Assembly (NCBI GenBank): GCA_050575255.1
Contig: JBNZDD010013721.1
Location: forward strand, 9,823,372-9,887,371
Direction: 5' to 3'
Source: Harriotta raleighana
Taxonomy: Eukaryota
Length of the DNA: 64,000 nt
Position 1 is the stretch's first letter; the number at the start of each line of letters is the position of its first letter. Both the position numbers and the translations under genes were made by a program. Shown piece after piece: positions 59,976 to 64,000 of this stretch. The notes under the pieces are model-generated. The model worked only from the letters and a program-made list of their open reading frames with translations. It made no database searches and was not told the DNA's origin.

Positions 59976-62235
59976 AATTATACTGATGAATGCAGATTAA
60001 AATATTATTGGTACCGGTTAGTAAGTTTGACTCCCTTGGAAAGGGTGAACGAACAATCCATACAAAAACACTTATTGCTCACCTCAGGTACAAGAACAAA
60101 TTACAGTGAAGGACTAATTATAGCCCTGAACCAAATCCTAAGCAGACCTCATCAAGAGCCATAAATCATGGTATCACATTAGGCAAATCAATGTCTAGTT
60201 TTGCCAAGAGCAGTCTCCTTTTCCATTTGTTTTATTTGGGGAACAGCTTGTGTCGCTGAGAAAAAGGACAAATTCACTAATGCAAGCAAATGTGATTTTA
60301 ATCATCTGAAATGTACCTTTGTATGCTGACAGAACGGATACACAGATACTCACTGCAACATTGAAACTGCAGTAAATTACACGGAAGCATTTTCTCATTC
60401 AAGGCAGAGATATTTTGGAATGAGAAATAATACAATTTTATTTTATATTAATGATAAGAGCCATATCTTTTTTGCTTGGATCGAGGATGTGCATTTAAAG
60501 CAGTCCTCATGGATTAGAGTTCTTTGTTCTCTGTACCCTAGTCAAGAAACAGTAAGTAACTCTGCGGTTAAAATATCAAAACACACAAACTTGTGTCTTA
60601 GGGGTTAAAGTTTAACAATGCACAATATGTTTTCAGAATTTTAATCCAATTTTTTATATCATGAATTTTAACTCAGAAACATAAAGCCTCATTGAATTCA
60701 ATATGAATTCCACATAAATTTGATGTGCAACAACTATGCTGTTATATTAAAATGAAAGGACTGTGTTACAAGTTCCGACCTCATATGAAGTTTAGACGTT
60801 TCACTTTGAAACACATTTTGCTATAGTTTGTTTTGGACTTCAAATATCACTACAACACCTCAGGAACATGTACATTTCAAGTAGGTACAAGTTTCAACAA
60901 TGTTAACTACATTGAATGTGTTATCACCAATTGGAAATTTCACGCACAACAGTATTTTCATGTTCGCCAAGGCAGCAGGACAAGATGGCGCAAGTTTAAC
61001 ACAGTGACTGATCACGTTAGATTCTGCACCCCGAAAGTGATTATTTGTACAAGACAACAACAACAACTTGCACTTGTATAGCGCCCTCCATGTCAGGTAG
61101 CGTCTCAGAGCGCTTGACAGTGGCGGAGCCTGATTTAAGAGTCACAAGAGTGTAATAAACAATTGAATGAGGCTGGCGTGAAGGTCCGATAAAGACCAGG
61201 AGAGTGGAATCGACGCTGTGTTGCGAAGAAAATTTGGTGAATCTTCCGCTGGATGAGATGAAATAGGCATTTCTATCTTTTTTATGGTGTTTTTTATTCT
61301 CGATAGCTGCTTCTCTCTCTTTCTGTCTGTTATTTGAAGAACCGGAGGACTCTTCAGCGCTCTGCAGGCCAACACCAGTAAACCTTAGCAGCTGGCATCT
61401 GGCTTGTAATGTGCATCCAAGGTAGCACTATCAATGAATTAGCAATCTAAAAGATGTCCGTGGCGACAGCAAAATGTTTTCATTGAATCCTGATTAGCAC
61501 GAAACAATGGTGTGCGGTCTCACGCATTTTTCATGATCAAAGTAAGCTGTGGTGGCCAAGACTGTGCATTGAAACAATCTTGGTCTTGAAATGTTAAAAG
61601 AGAACTGTCTGTTGACCTCAATTTAGAGCAATCACTTTTATTTATTTGCGGCTCACATTCCAGCCTATTAGTTACCTCAGCATTCCACGCACGAACCATA
61701 GATTCAAGCCAATGTTCATTTTGCTTCATAGGCATCTGAAGATACACACTCCCTCCGCCAACCGCACCAGTCCGTAGCCCCAGCAAATGGATCAAAGATA
61801 TATCAAAAGAATAATACTACTGCAAATTAATTTCAAATTCTTTGTTCAAGTGGCACAGTGGTACGGCGCAAATTAGTACCTGATTCCTGATCTCATTAGC
61901 ATCGTCAGGGGAAGGCAATGAGTGCAGGCCAAGATCGTCTGCACACAGGGAGCCAGTTCGAGGATAACACAAAGTCCCTACACTTGGCATTTGTACATCT
62001 CCTAAATGCTGCCTTGAGAGTGGCTAAGACCTGGGGTTTGGCTACTTGCCCATATTCTTGATTGGAAAATGTTATATGACCCGGGGGAGAGCAGGGGAGC
62101 TGGGATTGGGGCAATCTAAAAGAAGAAACCACGTTGAAGATGAATGAATGGAAGGGGACAGTGAGTTGACTTGATATTTTTTTCTGAAAATGTTTCAGTC
62201 TTAATTTCTAATAGAGATTTTGGAATGAATTTTAG

Positions 62236-62238
<3 letters not shown>

Positions 62239-62268
<30 letters not shown>
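62239..62268. repeat. (GA)n microsatellite
   Basis: Read directly; the overlapping copy at about 62517-62540 has a different length. Confidence 0.95.
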
Positions 62269-62272
<4 letters not shown>

Positions 62273-64000
62273 AAATCTTGGGTAAATCGTACAACTTTAA
62301 AGATAATAATATTTAATAATCCTGAATTCCAAATGGACGTAGGAGAGAATCTACATTTATTGAAGCGAGAATTGTTTCAGCCACTGGCTNAATCTAAAAG
62401 AAGAAACCACGTTGAAGATGAATGAATGGATGGGGACAGTGAGTTGACTTGATATTTTTTTCTGAAAATGTTTCAGTCTTAATTTCTAATAGAGATTTGG
62501 GAATGAATTTTAGCACGAGAGAGAGAGAGAGAAAGAGAGAAAAAATATCTTGGGTAAATCGTACAACTTTAAAGATAATAATATTTAATAATCCTGAATT
62601 CCAAATGGACATAGGAGAGAATCTACATTTATTGAAGCGAGAATTGTTTCAGCCACTGGCTTCTCTGATCAAGTGCAATCAAAACTCTCCAAAATGATGG
62701 TGAGGTTTCAAAGAGGAAACGTTAAGCAGCAGCAAGCGACACATCTCAGAAGCATTGCATAGATATACTCATAGCTACAGCCAGCTCTTTTTTTAATTGA
62801 TGTCTGCCTTAGTGGATGTGTGAAGCCTACCCAACGTTCATTACCCAGTAAGTCGCAATCCCAATTCAACTCTGTTCAGCACTGCAGGCAAAAGCCCAGT
62901 GGAGAGAGAGAGGAAGGAAAAACTAATGTGATGTATCCAGAGGGAGGGAGATGTCACTGTAATACCAGTTCTGTCTATGAAAGGATTATTACTTTGCTAC
63001 GAGAGCATTATATATGGATTTTGAAAACATATTAGCTGGAGATTAATCAGAACTTTTTTTTTACAGTTCATCGCCACCCATTGCTGTTTCTCAGATAGAG
63101 AAGAATTTCTGTGCTGCCTGCAACATGCTCTTGAGAAAATAATAACATGGGCTAATGCACTGATGCAACTTGATGCTTAAAATTCATACGAAAATTAAAA
63201 GGTTTAAATTGTTGGCCTCAGTGATTTGAGTGGAAAGCCAATTATGAACTTGAATTAGTTTCATAATTGAATAGTGATTTAAAAGGCTGTGAAATTAATA
63301 CTTTAGGGCATTCAGTTTCATTTTGGTACCGATTCGTATGAAGTATCAAGGTTAAGGTTGTTTGGTTTTACAATAAACATTATGCATATACCCTGTAATA
63401 ATTTTGCAAAAGTTACTCTAACTGCTGGCATCCAACCTGAATTACATCCTCTGAATATACCTGTGAGCAACGGTTGGCCAGTGCTGAGTTGACTGATATT
63501 AGATGGGGTAATAACCATAATCCTTGCATTTGATAAAGCTTCTTAGCACGTCGTCGAGACGTCTCAAAGCGCTTCCCTAGATTTAGTAGCTAAGTAAGAG
63601 AAATGGCAGCCAAGGTCTTTTGACTAGTACTGAAAAATGAATGCGTTTGTACACTGAATGAGAACAAGAATGGACTTGAGTACAATTCCCTCTGTGGAAT
63701 TACATCCAAGCATTTTGACGTCAGGAAAGCTGAAGGAGAAAAGTTGGATAAAGGATAGGGAAAATAGATTGATCCAAACTATACCTATTAATATTAATTG
63801 GAAAATGTCAAACCCTTCAATCATTGGATGGTATTGAATTTATTGTTCCTGTTTTACACGAACATACGAACGATCTGTGCTGAGACAACCAAAAAATGAA
63901 TTGAAGTTCTGTTCCATTCTTCTGTTATTTCAAAGTCCCTTATTACAAGCTATATGTCCTTATGTTGTAGCGAGATCAATAACTTGCCTGAAATTATAAT

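Noticed and set aside
62114-62661. Tandem duplication of about 275 bp with paired ORFs; likewise near 6540, 22514, 37699, 50104, 53103 and 59616
   Set aside because: Each pair is separated by exactly one N, which indicates an assembly overlap.

Overview
This is eukaryotic, AT-rich, repeat-dense vertebrate DNA. Its repeat content (DeuSINE-like SINEs, L2 and CR1 LINE relics, a Penelope-type palindrome) points to a cartilaginous fish, which is an inference. The window lies inside one classical type-I cadherin gene on the + strand, best matching CDH4 (R-cadherin). Four GT-AG coding exons are recovered by reading the sequence: 24548-24777, 29277-29456, 53904-54059 and 58809-58953. They correspond to exons 3-6 of the usual CDH2/CDH4 structure and encode the prodomain, the RQKR|DWVIPP cleavage site, EC1 with HAV, and the start of EC2. 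Everything else is intron. It holds many copies of a tRNA-derived SINE with an L2-type stem-loop tail, other old SINEs, LINE fragments, microsatellites, candidate enhancer-like blocks and 11 single-N assembly junctions, most of them flanked by artefactual duplications. Nearly all ORFs in the supplied track are spurious. I find no new multi-gene system. The most notable signals are a SINE copy rewritten almost entirely by AT->GC changes, an LF-SINE-like element, modular SINE tails with compensatory base pairs, and a hammerhead-like Penelope palindrome. Repeat boundaries are approximate and were set by eye; family names come from recalled consensus sequences, not searches.
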